Source: Octopus sinensis (lineage: Eukaryota). From it: a stretch of 64,000 nt of DNA. The stretch spans positions 93,062,001-93,126,000 of the forward strand of contig NC_043003.1 in the NCBI RefSeq assembly GCF_006345805.1, read 5' to 3'. Below the pieces are notes generated by a model that searched no databases, was not told the origin of the DNA, and saw only the letters and a program-made list of their open reading frames with translations. Of this stretch, positions 22,912 to 35,097 are shown piece by piece (the stretch's first letter is position 1; every line of letters starts with the position of its first letter). A program made the position numbers and the translations under genes.

Positions 22912-25298
22912 CTAAGAGTTGTAGTTAAAGATCAACAACAAGAACATCAAAAATTATATTGATAATGATGGTGGTAACGATGATAAAACTGATTATAACT
23001 TCTCACACAGACATAAAACCAGACTCAGAAAAGCCTAAAGCCTAAGAGTTTAGAGACAGTGCAACGAAGAAAGGAAAAAACAAATATAGGACTAACAGAG
23101 TAAAATGGTAAAATTAATAATAACAATAAAGAGTAAAAATAAAGAGACAACATGTAATAACAATTAAAAACAATAAAAGAAAGGAACAACCCCACAGAGT
23201 GATTCTGGGTACCCTGCACACTCCTCTGGTTAACTCTGATACACCAAAGGCTTGTGCCTTTTCCCAGTTCTTGTCATCAGTCTACAGCTACATAGAAGTG
23301 TATTTTGCTATGCCACTTTGACTGACATGTTATATCATTTACTGGAAGGCAACACCTTCCTCACCTTCCTCTTTGTTGGTAATAGTGTTGCTTGAAGATG
23401 TTGATGAAGGTCTTGGTCTGAGAGGAAAAGTTTTGTCCTATCTACTTACTTGCTTTTTTTAGGTTTGTGTCTTGTCATTGCTGTTAAGCTTTCATGTTGA
23501 TGCTGCAGATGCTGTGGTGGTTACTATTTTTGTTTCTGTTGCTGTACCTATTGTAACAGTTACTATTGCTGATTTTGGTGGCATGGCTGTTTGTATTACT
23601 GTTGCAACAGTTGCTGTTATTGTGTTGTTGTGCTTGTTGCATTAGTAGTGAAGCCCTCCTACTTTCACCTTCTCTTGGGAGCAGAAGACTCTTAGATAGT
23701 TGGCAATACCACATATGCAGCACCTGGGCTTTATGCCTTCCACTATGATGTGCAGTTCTACTTTATTTGATAACTGACTAAGATATGGATCCTTTCTGAG
23801 GTGTTCTGTAATAGGATCTCTAGTCCAATTCTGGACTGAATTCTCCTGCCTATATTTGTTTACACCCATGAGAGTGTCACCTCCTTTGTGAACAATGCAG
23901 GCCACAAAATACCAAATGACCAGCTCTTGTGACATAGAAGTTATCGTGACCCTCACTATTCAACTGCCAAGTAGGAATGAGGATGAACCCTTCACTTGCA
24001 AGGAATGACAGTTCTTTAATGCGAGATCCTTTGTCAGGAATTATAGTTCAATGATCTGAAAAGTTAGATCCCAGTGATGTAACAAAGTCTATGTCTATCC
24101 AGATCCCTCACAAACATCTTTCCACTCGGGTATCTGTTGCTGTTTCCACACTCCAGGGTTTGACTGACTCACACAGGTAAACTATTGTTCTTCAAGCAAT
24201 CTTTTCTCGGAGTTCTGCATTACTTCTAATGCCACTCTTCTGTCATCTATTTTAATTAGATTTTCACTATTTTTTGTAGTTTGGCCTCCTTAAAATCTTG
24301 GACAATTTTTTGTGGCAGCTTCTGCAAAGGATCTAACCTTTGTGGTATTGCTGCTACCACCACTATTGGTAGTCACATTGGTGATGGTGGAGGTGGTGTT
24401 GCTAGAATAGCAACAGATATAGTTGCAGCAGTAGTATTGCTCATCTCTTTCCACTGTTGTAGTAGTGATGGTGTTTGACAAGTTCTTTTCATTTGGTATT
24501 TTCTTATTGTCATCATGGTCATTGTTGCTCATTTTCCTCTCAAAACTACCTCCCACTTCTCCTTTAGTTGGTTGGCTGTTGAAGACAATACCATCTTTTA
24601 AATAATCATTAAAAAAATGTTGAAAATAATTATTGCTCTAACCACAAAGAAGCAAGAAATGATGGAACCAACCAGCCAGCTGGAGTTTTGGTTATTGTTA
24701 CATCAATATATACTAATTTTTTTGATATAACCATGGGGTCATCAGATACTGCACAGGTGACTGATATTTAACAAAAATTAATAATCAAAAATCAGACAAA
24801 CTCATGGACAGCTCTCAAGTATGTTTTACTATTACAAAAAATGACAAAACAATTTCCAAATCAAATTTTGTTTGGCAGTTGATTGGATCTTTTTCATCAT
24901 TTACTTTTCATGCTCTTTCAAGTCTTCTTTGGTTGATGACAAGTTTTATTGTTTTTCTTAAACATTTAGCTAATCCTCTGAGTAACTTCAAGTGACGTAA
25001 AGAGTTGCATTCCAGACAAATGATAATTATCACTTGGAACAGAAGTACCATTTATTATTTAATTTTACAAGCACTGTCTGCATTATATTTCTTTTGTAAT
25101 GTTCATGGTGAAATTAGTAGTCTTGAATAATATTTAATGCTTTTACAGCTGTTGCATATTATAAGGGGGTGGGGAAACTTAGTTGTCATTGTAAATGAAT
25201 AAAATCTGGTAACTTGCACCATGCTTTCACTTCCTGTTTTCAGTACCTGTGTGGTGGTGAGCAGACATAAATATCTTCTCAACCCTTCCTCTCTTGAT

Positions 25299-25350
<52 letters not shown>

Positions 25351-25361
25351 ATATATATATA

Positions 25362-25433
<72 letters not shown>

Positions 25434-25726
25434 ATATATATATATAAAATTTTAAAAAACCACCTTTTATCAATTCAAAATGAACAATTAAATTACACCA
25501 TCTAGAAAATTACATATAATAGAAAGGTTAAAATTTAAATAACAATAAAAAGTAAGGATTAAGTAAATTGCAAAAATAATAAAAACGTAAATAATAGGTT
25601 TACATCAATATATATATATATATATATATGGTTTTGTCATATGGTTGTATGATTAAATTATGACTCTTCTCAAAATTAACAATAAGTAAAATATAACAAA
25701 AATTGACTATTTTTTTAAAAGGATAC
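22912..25726 (-). promoter_or_regulatory. U12-type (minor spliceosome) GT-AG intron
   Basis: 5' splice site GTATCCTTTT; TCTTTAAC branch-like motif ending 12 nt before the end of the intron; weak polypyrimidine tract. Confidence 0.85.
23230..24530 (-). mobile_element. Decayed L1/Tx1-type LINE ORF1 inside the U12 intron
   Basis: Broken frames contain VRSFAEAATK and a degenerate zinc knuckle PRCCICGIANYLRVFC; many stops. Confidence 0.5.
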
Positions 25727-25788
25727 ATCAAACAGCATTAACAGATTTCGAGAGGTTTCCAAATTAAAGGATATTCTCTGCTTGTATT
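25727..25788 (-). CDS. Calpain exon (EYKQRISFNLETSRNLLMLFD)
   Basis: CTTTCCGCCAG acceptor, phase 1 to 0; aligns with the FSxETCRxMVxMxD motif. Confidence 0.9.
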
Positions 25789-25959
25789 CTGGCGGAAAGA
25801 AGAAACAAAACAAAAATACTTTAATAAAATTATGCTTTTGCTGTAACATTTATATTTCTGGTTTATTATAAAAAATGAGATTCTGCTAGAATTTCTTAGT
25901 GAAAACAAGAGATATTCTGATATTTTTGATAGGTTGGCATACTCTCTCTTTTTCTCTCT

Positions 25960-26346
25960 CTCTTTTTATTTGTTTCAGTCATTTGAATGTGGCCATGCTG
26001 GAGCACCGCCTTTAGTCGAGCAAATCAACCCCAGGACTTATTCTTTGGAAGCCCAGTACTTATTCTATCGGTCTCTTTTGCCGAACTGCTAAGTGACGGA
26101 GACGTAAACACACCAGCATCGGTTGTCAAGCAATGTAGGGGGACAAACACAGACACACAAACACACACAGATATATATACTTATATACGACAGGCTTCTT
26201 TCAGTTTCCGTCTACCAAATCCACTCACAAGGCATTGGTCGGCCCGGGGCTATAGCAGAAGACACTTGCCCAAGATGTCACGCAGTGGGACTGAACCCGG
26301 AACCATGTGGTTGGTTAACAAGCTACTTACCACACAGCCACTCCTG
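25960..26346 (-). mobile_element. Abundant tRNA-headed SINE with internal microsatellite; other copies at about 22390-22780(-), 36600-36775(+), 40205-40626(+), 47465-47832(-), 56290-56903(-), 58441-58843(-), 60695-61130(-)
   Basis: Shared GTGGCTGTGTGGTAAG...GGTTCAGTCCCACTGCG head, GGAAACTGAAAGAAGCC core and CATGGCC(G/A)CAGTCAAATGACTGAAACAAGTAAAAGA tail. Confidence 0.88.
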
Positions 26347-27651
26347 GCATGGGTATGGTTATATAGTAAGAAGTTTGCTTCCCAACCACATGATCTCAGG
26401 ATCAGTTCTCTGGCAGTTTTAAGCTGACCAAAGCCATGTAAATGGATTTGGTTGACAGAAACTATCAGAAGCTTTTAGTGTATATTCTCCTTCCCTTGAC
26501 ATCACGAAATTATTGTGAGTGTAAGTAGTATCTTCCATTTCCAATCTTTTGTGGAAAACATATTTTGGCAATGGGGAATATTACCTTATTTGGAAGTGAG
26601 TGAGTGTTGGTAATAAGAAGGACATCTAGCTGAACAAGATCCACCTTAACAAATCCCAGCCAAACCATTCAAACATGGAATACTGGATGTTAAAACAATG
26701 ACAATGATGAATTATCACTGAAAATCTTCCTTTTCTAAATGGTACTCTAAAGGTAAACCAAATTCACATAGTCCATCCTTATTTTTTAGACTATGACCTG
26801 ACAGTTTACGTATAAGAAGTCAATAAAGTAAAATGGATTTTGAATCAGGGACATAAACTTGATTTGTTGGGAACTTAGCTGTAGTTGTCAGTGCCAACTC
26901 AATGTATGAACAGATCAACTTAAAAATTTGGACTTTTTCTGTTTTATTTTCATTATACCATTAATTTTTGGCAAATTTTGCATATATTAGAATTGCATAT
27001 TGCTTATCTAAGTATACATTTTGTAGTAACATATTGATACCTAGTTTATTACAAACTCCTCAGTTGTAAATTAAAAGTAAGGATACCTGTTATCGTGTCA
27101 GCAACATTGAGAAAAATACTTCAAAAAGTTGAATTGAAATAGTTGTTAAAGGATTACAGAAAATTTCATTCTCATGTTCTTTATCTAGTGATACAGATGT
27201 AGCCTAGTAGTAAGGGTGTTGCACTCACGATTACAAGATCATGGTTTTGATTTTTGGACCAGGCAGTGCATAGTGCTCTTGAGTAAAACACTTCATTTCT
27301 CAATGCTCCAGCCCACTCAGTCATAAATGACTAACTTGCAATGGACTGGTGTTCTGTTCAGGAAGAATGTTGTGATCTCAGTCATACATCTTGGAAACTG
27401 GACAACTAGCTCCCTTAATCTTAGGATTTGAATTACACACTACTTAAATGGCACCCAGTTACAGCAAGGTGCATTAGGAAATCTGTGAGCCAAGTGTCTT
27501 GACTTTCATTAAACCAGGTCTCAGTAACAGAATACAAATTTGATACTTTCACTTGTAGCTGACTCCAACTAGGCCAACTGGGAATTTGTATGAAGATTCT
27601 TGAATAATAGATGAATACAATATTATGAAAAAAAAAACAAAAAAAACATAC

Positions 27652-27766
27652 CCCTGAAGAAAATATGTGTGAGGAATTGTTTAATTTCTCTGGCAGCCAT
27701 TATATTCTCACTATTAGCATGGGCATTGTAGATAGCTTCAAACTCTGGCTCTTCAACAGTACCCTC
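27652..27766 (-). CDS. Calpain exon, EF1 region (EGTVEEPEFEAIYNAHANSENIMAAREIKQFLTHIFFR)
   Basis: TTTTATCAG/GTATGT, phase 0 to 1; matches the PEF EF1 helix pattern. Confidence 0.85.
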
Positions 27767-28186
27767 CTGATAAAATTAAAGAATTTAAAGTAGTATGATA
27801 TACATAGGGAAATTCTATATATTTACATTTTCTGGACAATATTAAAAGAAGTCACGATATATTGAAAGAATGTTATGAAGGAGAGGATAAAGTTCTAACT
27901 ACTGTGACAGTAAGCTGCACAACATTATTATAGTTTGGTGGGCAATCACCTGCAGCAAGTGGAAGAAATAATCTGATAGGCATAATTCAAAATAATACTA
28001 CTAGTTCTACAAAAGGAAATGAATAGTGCATCAATAATTAATTCTAATGAGAAATAATGATCATTAATCACATGACTGTTGCACAGTTTCCTTATTAATT
28101 TTTGATATGCATTTAATGTGGTAGTCAGTTGTGAAGCTGGGCGTTGAAGTACTACAGTTGTTGTGAAGTGGAGTGTGAAGAAATAT

Positions 28187-28574
28187 GTGGAAGCACTCCG
28201 TCGGTTACGACGACAAGGGTTCCGGTTGATCCGAATCAACGGAACAGCCTACTCATGAAATTAACGTGTAAGTGGCTGAGCACTTCACAGACACGTGTAC
28301 CCATAACGTAGTTCTCGGGGATATTCAGCGTGACACAGAGAGTGACAAAGCCGGCCCTTTGAAATACAGGTACAACAGAAACAGGAAGTAAGAGTGAGAG
28401 AAAGTTGTGGTGAAAGAGTACAGCAGGGATCACCACCATCCCCTGCCGGAGCCTCGTGGAGCTTTAGGTGTTTTCGCTCAATAAACACTCACAACGCCCG
28501 GTCTGGGAATCGAAACCGCGATCCTATGACCGCGAGTCCGCTACCCTAACCACTGGGCCATTGTGCCTCCACGA
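28187..28574 (-). mobile_element. Full-length tRNA-derived SINE with 10-bp TSD
   Basis: Head GGCACAATGGCCCAGTGGTTAGGG...GGTTTCGATTCCC on the - strand; GAAGAAATAT at 28177-28186 and 28575-28584. Confidence 0.85.
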
Positions 28575-29038
28575 GAAGAAATATAGTCAGTGTAAGACCA
28601 GATGATGAAGGACTACATTACACAAGACATCCAGCTGTGTACGACTACTTCCTCTCTAGGCAAGTTGGTTTGCTGGGCTGGCCTGCCATTTCCTAGCTGC
28701 TAACTCGGCTGTTGGAGTCATGTTGGAGTTAGGAGGCCATATTTTGCAACAAGATTTATTTAACTATGCACCTGAGGTACATTTTGGTCTGAGCATTCAG
28801 GTGTTCAATCAACTGAATTACCTGTTCCTGATTTAATGTGGAAGTCATTAAAGCATTCCATAGACATGACTACCCTTTGGTCCCTCTGGTCGTGAAAGGC
28901 ACTTGTGGTGGTACATGTAAAAGTGCCTGTGCAGTGTCATGTAAAAGCACCTGTGTGGTGTTCATTCATTTCACCTAACTACCTGCAAGACACTACCACC
29001 AAAATACAAAATAACACAGAAAACAATGATATACTTAC

Positions 29039-29054
29039 ATTTATCATGTCTGTG
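29039..29054 (-). CDS. Calpain 16-nt micro-exon (STDMIN)
   Basis: Long pyrimidine tract + CTACAG, GTAAGT donor; supplies the phase 2 to 0 change needed between the flanking exons. Confidence 0.75.
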
Positions 29055-30761
29055 CTGTAGAAAGAAAAAACAAGAAAAAGCAAAGAATTAAAATGAATTG
29101 AATATAAATTCTTGTTCATTAACAACTAAACAATATCTTGATTATGCTCAAAGCTCAGAGTAGCTTATAAAGGCATGTTCTTGTCTCATTTTGTATAGCA
29201 TTAAAAAAGATGAGCTGTGACTTATTTCCCCACAGTTAGGCATGTAAAATTGTGTACTGTTATCATCATTATCAGCAATGTCGTTTTACATCCACTTTGC
29301 ACTGCTGGCATGGGTTGGTCAGAATTTGTTGAGGTTTTTCTATGGCTGGATGCATTTCCTGCCACCAATACTCACCTGTTTTTCCAAGTAAGGTATTATT
29401 TCTCCATGGTTGGACTTGTTTTCCATAGAAGATTGAAAACAAAGGACACCACTTGAATGGCAGTGATACAACTATTATGCAGTGTCAAGGCAAGAAGACA
29501 GTAACACACACACACTCATAAACATATACATGCAAACATGCATGTGCACACACACACATTTACATACACACACGAAAGGCTTCTTTCAGTTTCCATTTAT
29601 TGAATCCACTTGAAAGGTTTCGTTGGCCTAGGGTTACAGTGGAACCTGAAACCAAGTGGTTGCACTAAATGTTTCATATAAATTTTTAAGTTAAAATTTA
29701 TGAACTGGTTGGCCTATATTTTATTCTTCCAGGTATTTAATCTCTACATAAAATCTGTAAAAGTTTGTATCTAGCTTTAATAGCTGCTTTGTACAACAAA
29801 GCATTTAGTCATGTGGCTGTGTGGTAAGAAGCCTGCATCCCAACCACACAATTCCAGGTTAAGTTGCACAGAGGGCATCTTAGGCAAGTGTTTTCTTCTT
29901 CAGCCTTGGGTTAACCAAAGCCTTGTGAGTGGCTTTGGTAGGCAGAAAATGAAAGAAACCCGTCATATATATACCATCATCATCATCATCATTTATTGTC
30001 TGTTGTCCATGTTGGCATGGGTTGGATGGTTTGACTAGAGCTGGTAAGCTGAGAGGCTACTCCAGACTCCAGTCTCATTTGACATGGTTTCTATGGCTAG
30101 ATGCCCTACCTAATACCAACCACACAGAGTGTAATGGGTGCCTCTATGTACCGCTGTCATGAGTGCCATTTGTGTGACACCAGTACCTGCCACAACTATG
30201 ATATATATATATATATAATGATTTTGCTTTGGCATAATGATACTAATAACCTGATGTTAGAATTCAATGTATATATGTTTCAGTATTAAATGTTAGTTGA
30301 GTACAGTGTGTAATATGATATTAAATAAACGACAAGGGAATAGTAACTATGTTACCAACTTCATTAGTTTAGAGCTGTTTCTGGTATAAGATGCAGTGCA
30401 CTCACTGCTGAGTGCATGTGCATACCCTTATAGCTTCCTCAGAGCTACTGAAATGAAGTGCAAGTTATTTGGGAAAGCATTTACACAAAAACACACACAC
30501 ACACACACACACATACACACATGAGAGAGCTCCATCTTCAAGCATTTAGTCAAACAAATTACTCCCAATATTTAAAGCCTGGTACTTGTTCTATTGGTTC
30601 TTTTTTACCTTTAATGGTTTTTGGTAAAAAGTGACCAATAGAATTAGCACTACTAGAATCAATCTGTTTGACTAAATACTTCAAGGTGGGCTCCTAGCAT
30701 GACTAAATTCCAGTGACAAAGATAAATGATAGGACACACAACTTAAGGTATGAAGATTTAC

Positions 30762-30979
30762 CTGCTGCTGATCTTCTGTTTGGTAAAGATTCTGAGCAAG
30801 AATTTGGCCTCTTCACCTGGGTTATATGTACTTGGAATGATAACATAGTAACCAATAGGGAGCTGGTAATGATAGGTTACTTCTCTGTCAAATCTGTATA
30901 CATCCTCTGACCTCTGCTGCTTTGTGGCTTGTTTGCGAACATTGTACCGAGTAAGTTTTGCATTGACTGGATAATGCAG
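30762..30979 (-). CDS. Calpain exon, C2-like domain C-terminal half (…DREVTYHYQLPIGYYVIIPSTYNPGEEAKFLLRIF…)
   Basis: TTTTCCCAG/GTAAAT; hallmark REV...G.Y.IIPST..P...F.LRIF motif. Confidence 0.95.
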
Positions 30980-31127
30980 CTGGGAAAAGTAGAATGAAAA
31001 TATATTTATTAAAGCAAAAATAAATTGGTGCAAAATGTGTGATTGAAGTATACTCATTACATTTATGTGTATAGCCTAATACAAAATGTAAGATTGTGAC
31101 AAATGTTCAGGATTATATATATATCAT

Positions 31128-31680
31128 CATCATTATCATCATCGTTTAACGTCTGCTTTCCATGCTAGCATGGGTTGGACGGTTCAACTGGGGTCTGGGA
31201 AGCCAGAAGGCTGCGCCAGGCCCAGTCTGATCTGGCAGTGTTTCTACAGCTGGATGCCCTTCCTAACACCAACTACTCCGTGAGTGTAGTGGGTACTTTT
31301 TACGTGTCACCTGCACAGGTGCCAGACGAGGTTGGCAATGGCCACGATTGGATGGTGCTTTTTACGTGCCACCGGCATGGAGGCCAGTCAGGGCGGCGCT
31401 AGCAACGGCCACGTTCAGATGGTTCTCTTACGTGCCACCGGCACTGGTATCACAGCTACAATTTCCATTGATGTTGACCGATTTCGATTTTCACTTGCCT
31501 CAACAGGTCTTTGCAAGTAGAGTTTTGTGTCACAAGAAGGAAAGGTATGCATAAGTTATCTGGCTACATCCCAGGTAGAGACCACGGGTTATGGTCTCAC
31601 TTGTCCTGCTGGGTCTTCCCACGCACAGCATACTTCCAAAGGTCTCGGTCTCTGGTCATTTCCTCGGTGAGACCTAAAGT
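31128..31680 (-). mobile_element. RTE LINE 3' end including ORF2 C-terminus
   Basis: - strand LGLTEEMTRDRDLWKYAV followed by the shared UTR and (ATG)n tail, tying the UTR family to an RTE LINE. Confidence 0.75.
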
Positions 31681-32136
31681 TCAGGAGCAAGACACTTTAT
31701 TTTATGTTGCTCCAGTCCATTCAAAAATGAGTAGTACTTGTAATTCAAAGGACCCTAACTGGTATGTTGCTTTTGGTGGCAGAGAACCTCTTCATATAGG
31801 CATAGCCATGTGGTAAGAAGCTAGCTTCTCAACCACATGGTCCTGGGTTCAGTCCCACTGTGTGACACCTCGGGCAAGTGTTTCTACTATAGCCAAAGGG
31901 CTGACCAATGCCTTGTCAGTGGATTTGGTAAATAGAAACTGAAAGACGCACATTGTGTGTGTAAGATTCTTCAAAGTGATGCTCAAGCATGGCCATAGTC
32001 TAATGACAAATGAGATAAAAAAATAAATAAGAATACATTTTCCTTAACTTCATAATTTTTATATGAAGTACATAAACACGAATGAGACTATAAGGTACAT
32101 AAATACTGAAAATGAAGCAACACAAAACAATCATAC

Positions 32137-32282
32137 CTTATACACATCAAAATTGATAGCAATTTTATTTCCTTTGCCATGTTTTTCTTCTTCCATCAAA
32201 GATACTATCATTGTGCATTTATCACTGTCTTTATCTTTCTGGGACAAAACTGCCAAAATTTGAGGATTTTTCCAATACTGAT
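32137..32282 (-). CDS. Calpain exon, C2-like domain N-terminal half (DQYWKNPQILAVLS…AINFDVYK)
   Basis: YWKNPQ motif, CTTATCAG/GTATGA, phase 1 to 0. Confidence 0.95.
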
Positions 32283-34268
32283 CTGATAAGAAACATCAAG
32301 AAAAACAATAAAAATGAATTCTCCCAAAAGGAAACTAAGCACAAAGTTAAGACCATTAAAAAAATGGTGAAAAGAAAAACTGCATTAAATTTTCATGTAG
32401 GTATTGTTGTTTAGCTCAGATTAGCTCTGACTGAGAAGCAGTATAATCAAAAGGCTTGAACGAAACTATGAAACAAAAAATTAAAATTGAGAAATTGTTA
32501 AAAAAAATAAAGCAAACAAAAAAACAAAACCCTTCTCTAAAATCATTGTCATCATCATTTAACATCCATATTCCATGCTGGCATGGGTTAGATGGTTTGA
32601 GGGGATGCAATGTCTGCAGTTTGACAAGATGCAATGTTTGACAGGATGCTGTGTCTGCTTTGGCATGATTTCTATAGCTAGATCACTTCTAAGCCTTTTG
32701 ACTAAGATCAAAATGTAGGATACCCTTACTAATGCCAACCTTTTTACAACAGGCACTGGGTGTTTTTTGGATGCCACCAGCACTAGTTAGATGACTTTGC
32801 AGCACATGAGACAATAAGAATCCTGGTGGGGTGGGGCACTAAAATAGTTGTAAAAAATTTGATGGCCACAAAGTTCAGATTATGTACATACATTAATACT
32901 CAATGTGAAGGCAGAGATAGTCTGTAAGTGAAGGTATCTTAGCTTGAAATCATAAACATGATTTATTGAAAGTAAAGTATGGAAAAAGTGTAATTTGAAA
33001 AGACAAAATACAGTAGGAAAAATAAAATTGATGATAGAAGGAAAAAAAAATATAAGAAAGGGGACGGATGTGTTTAGGGGAGAAAAAAAGGCAGAAAGAA
33101 GAAAAGAAGAAAGAAAGAAGAATGGAACATATGATCAAACACATTTCACAGTGTGATGGTTCTTGATGGTCGTTAATGGTTTCAGGTTGGGCTTCCCAGT
33201 TAGCTAGTATGTATCTGTCCATGTAAGAGTTTCATTTTTGGAGTTGTGGCAGTTAGGTTCTTTAAATTTTTTTAGAATTTGTGTCTCTAGTACAGTCTGC
33301 TCCTCTTGGTTCCATTAACACTTGTCTGTGGTCTCTTAAGCACTCGCCATTATTTTGACTAGTGACTTCAACCGACATCTTAGGTAGCACAATGATGGTT
33401 ATTCTAGAGTACATGTACTCTAGAAACATGATGGTAATGAATATGGTTCCACAAATGAGGAGGGATCAGAGTTTCTGGAGTTCTGTGATGCAAGTGAAGT
33501 AAACATTTGCAACATGAACTTCAGAAGAACCAACAAACAATTTGATCACCTTCCAATCAAGTCAGACAAACTTCAATTACCATGAAAATAAGCAAGATAG
33601 TTGTAAATACTAAGATTTGTTTTTGCTCCAGTGAAGGAAGTATCTCTCTAAGATTATTGGTTCAAAATAAAAAAGCTTCAGAATAAAAGCTGGATGGATT
33701 GAGAGACAAATGAACAAATGACATTCTAGAGAAGGAAGGTGGGGAAACAAAAACTTATTCCTACAAAATATATAAACAATTAACTAGATGTGTTATTTCC
33801 ATGTTCATATACATAGTTTATTTTTTTCTTTTCTTTTTTCTTATTTTTATTAAAACCAATTACGGTTTCCTTGTGACAATATTTTTTTTCTCATGGAGAT
33901 AATGGTGACACATGACTTAAATTAATAATGTAATTAAAAAAATGAAGTATCAGGACATAGTTGATGGAGCTCTTGTCAAAAAGGTAAGAGGTGAAATATT
34001 TATGATCCTGGGATATGGAAACTCTTCCATATCATCAGCAGGTATGTCAGGATACTGCTGATGACACGGAAGGGTTTCCAGCATTGTGATGGATTTAGAA
34101 GAGCTTGCAAAACCTCTCGGTGGCTCCTGCAGTGTCTCCTGGGACAAAGAATCTCTGATGTTGATTTTGCCTATATATTTCATCCATAAATAATGTTTTA
34201 TGGCTGTTGAAACACTTGAAGACAATTAAATTATGAACTATATATTAATTTTCTAGTATCTAACTTAC

Positions 34269-34356
34269 CTTCATAACCAGAATTGCCGCAACCACCTGCT
34301 GTCTGGTCTTTAATCCAAGCATCATGATATGTAGTAACGAACCAATTCTCTCTGTC
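34269..34356 (-). CDS. Calpain exon (DRENWFVTTYHDAWIKDQTAGGCGNSGYE)
   Basis: W....W...TAGGC.N motif, TTATAG/GTAAGT. Confidence 0.95.
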
Positions 34357-34602
34357 CTATAATAAAAAAAAATATTGAATTATAAATGCTATTGGTTGAT
34401 AGAGGCATGATTTATAATCCATGTTATTATGCTTCACACACACACACACACACACACACACAAGACAATGAGTTGGAAGAGCCATTAGTACATCAGACAA
34501 AATGCTTAGCAGCATTTCTTCTGGCTTTATGTTCTGAGCTCAAATTCTGCTGAGGTTGACTTTGCCATTGATCCTTTTGGAGTTTATGAAATAGCAGTTA
34601 AA

Positions 34603-35097
34603 CCATAAAATATTTCCAAGACAGCAACACTCAACAACTCATGCAGGTAAAGAGAAAACAAATAACGAATCCACCTGGCTCTGATTAACTGTATATGCAT
34701 TTCAGAATTAGGAAGATGTGAAAAATGTAAAATCATATTTCTACTCACTCATTCTTTTCGTCAGTACAGTATTTCAAATTTTTTAAGAGCTCTGATAATT
34801 AACATACATGGGTGAGTGAGGAGGAATACTAGTTCTCATTCGTCTGTTTGAATTCGGAAGTACTGGTCTTTGGATGTATGCTATTTGATGTTAATTATCA
34901 GAGCTCTCAAATTTAAAAACAATTGAAATACTTTACTGATGAAGAGAATGAGAGAGTAAAAATATGATTTTACATTTTTCACATCTCCCTAACTCTGAAA
35001 CACGTATACAGTTAATCAGAGCCGAGTGGATTCGTTATTTGTTTTCTCTTTACCTGCGTGAGTTGTTGAGTATTGCTGTCTGGGAAATATCTTATGG
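34603..35097. mobile_element. Fold-back MITE with about 205-225-bp inverted arms
   Basis: 34603-34809 is the imperfect reverse complement of 34874-35097; termini CCATAA...TTATGG. Confidence 0.8.

Noticed and set aside
24540-24600. Possible extra calpain exon DGIVFNSQPTKGEVG
   Set aside because: Poor donor (GTAGTT), lies inside the U12 intron whose flanking exons already join in frame, and is adjacent to the LINE remnant.
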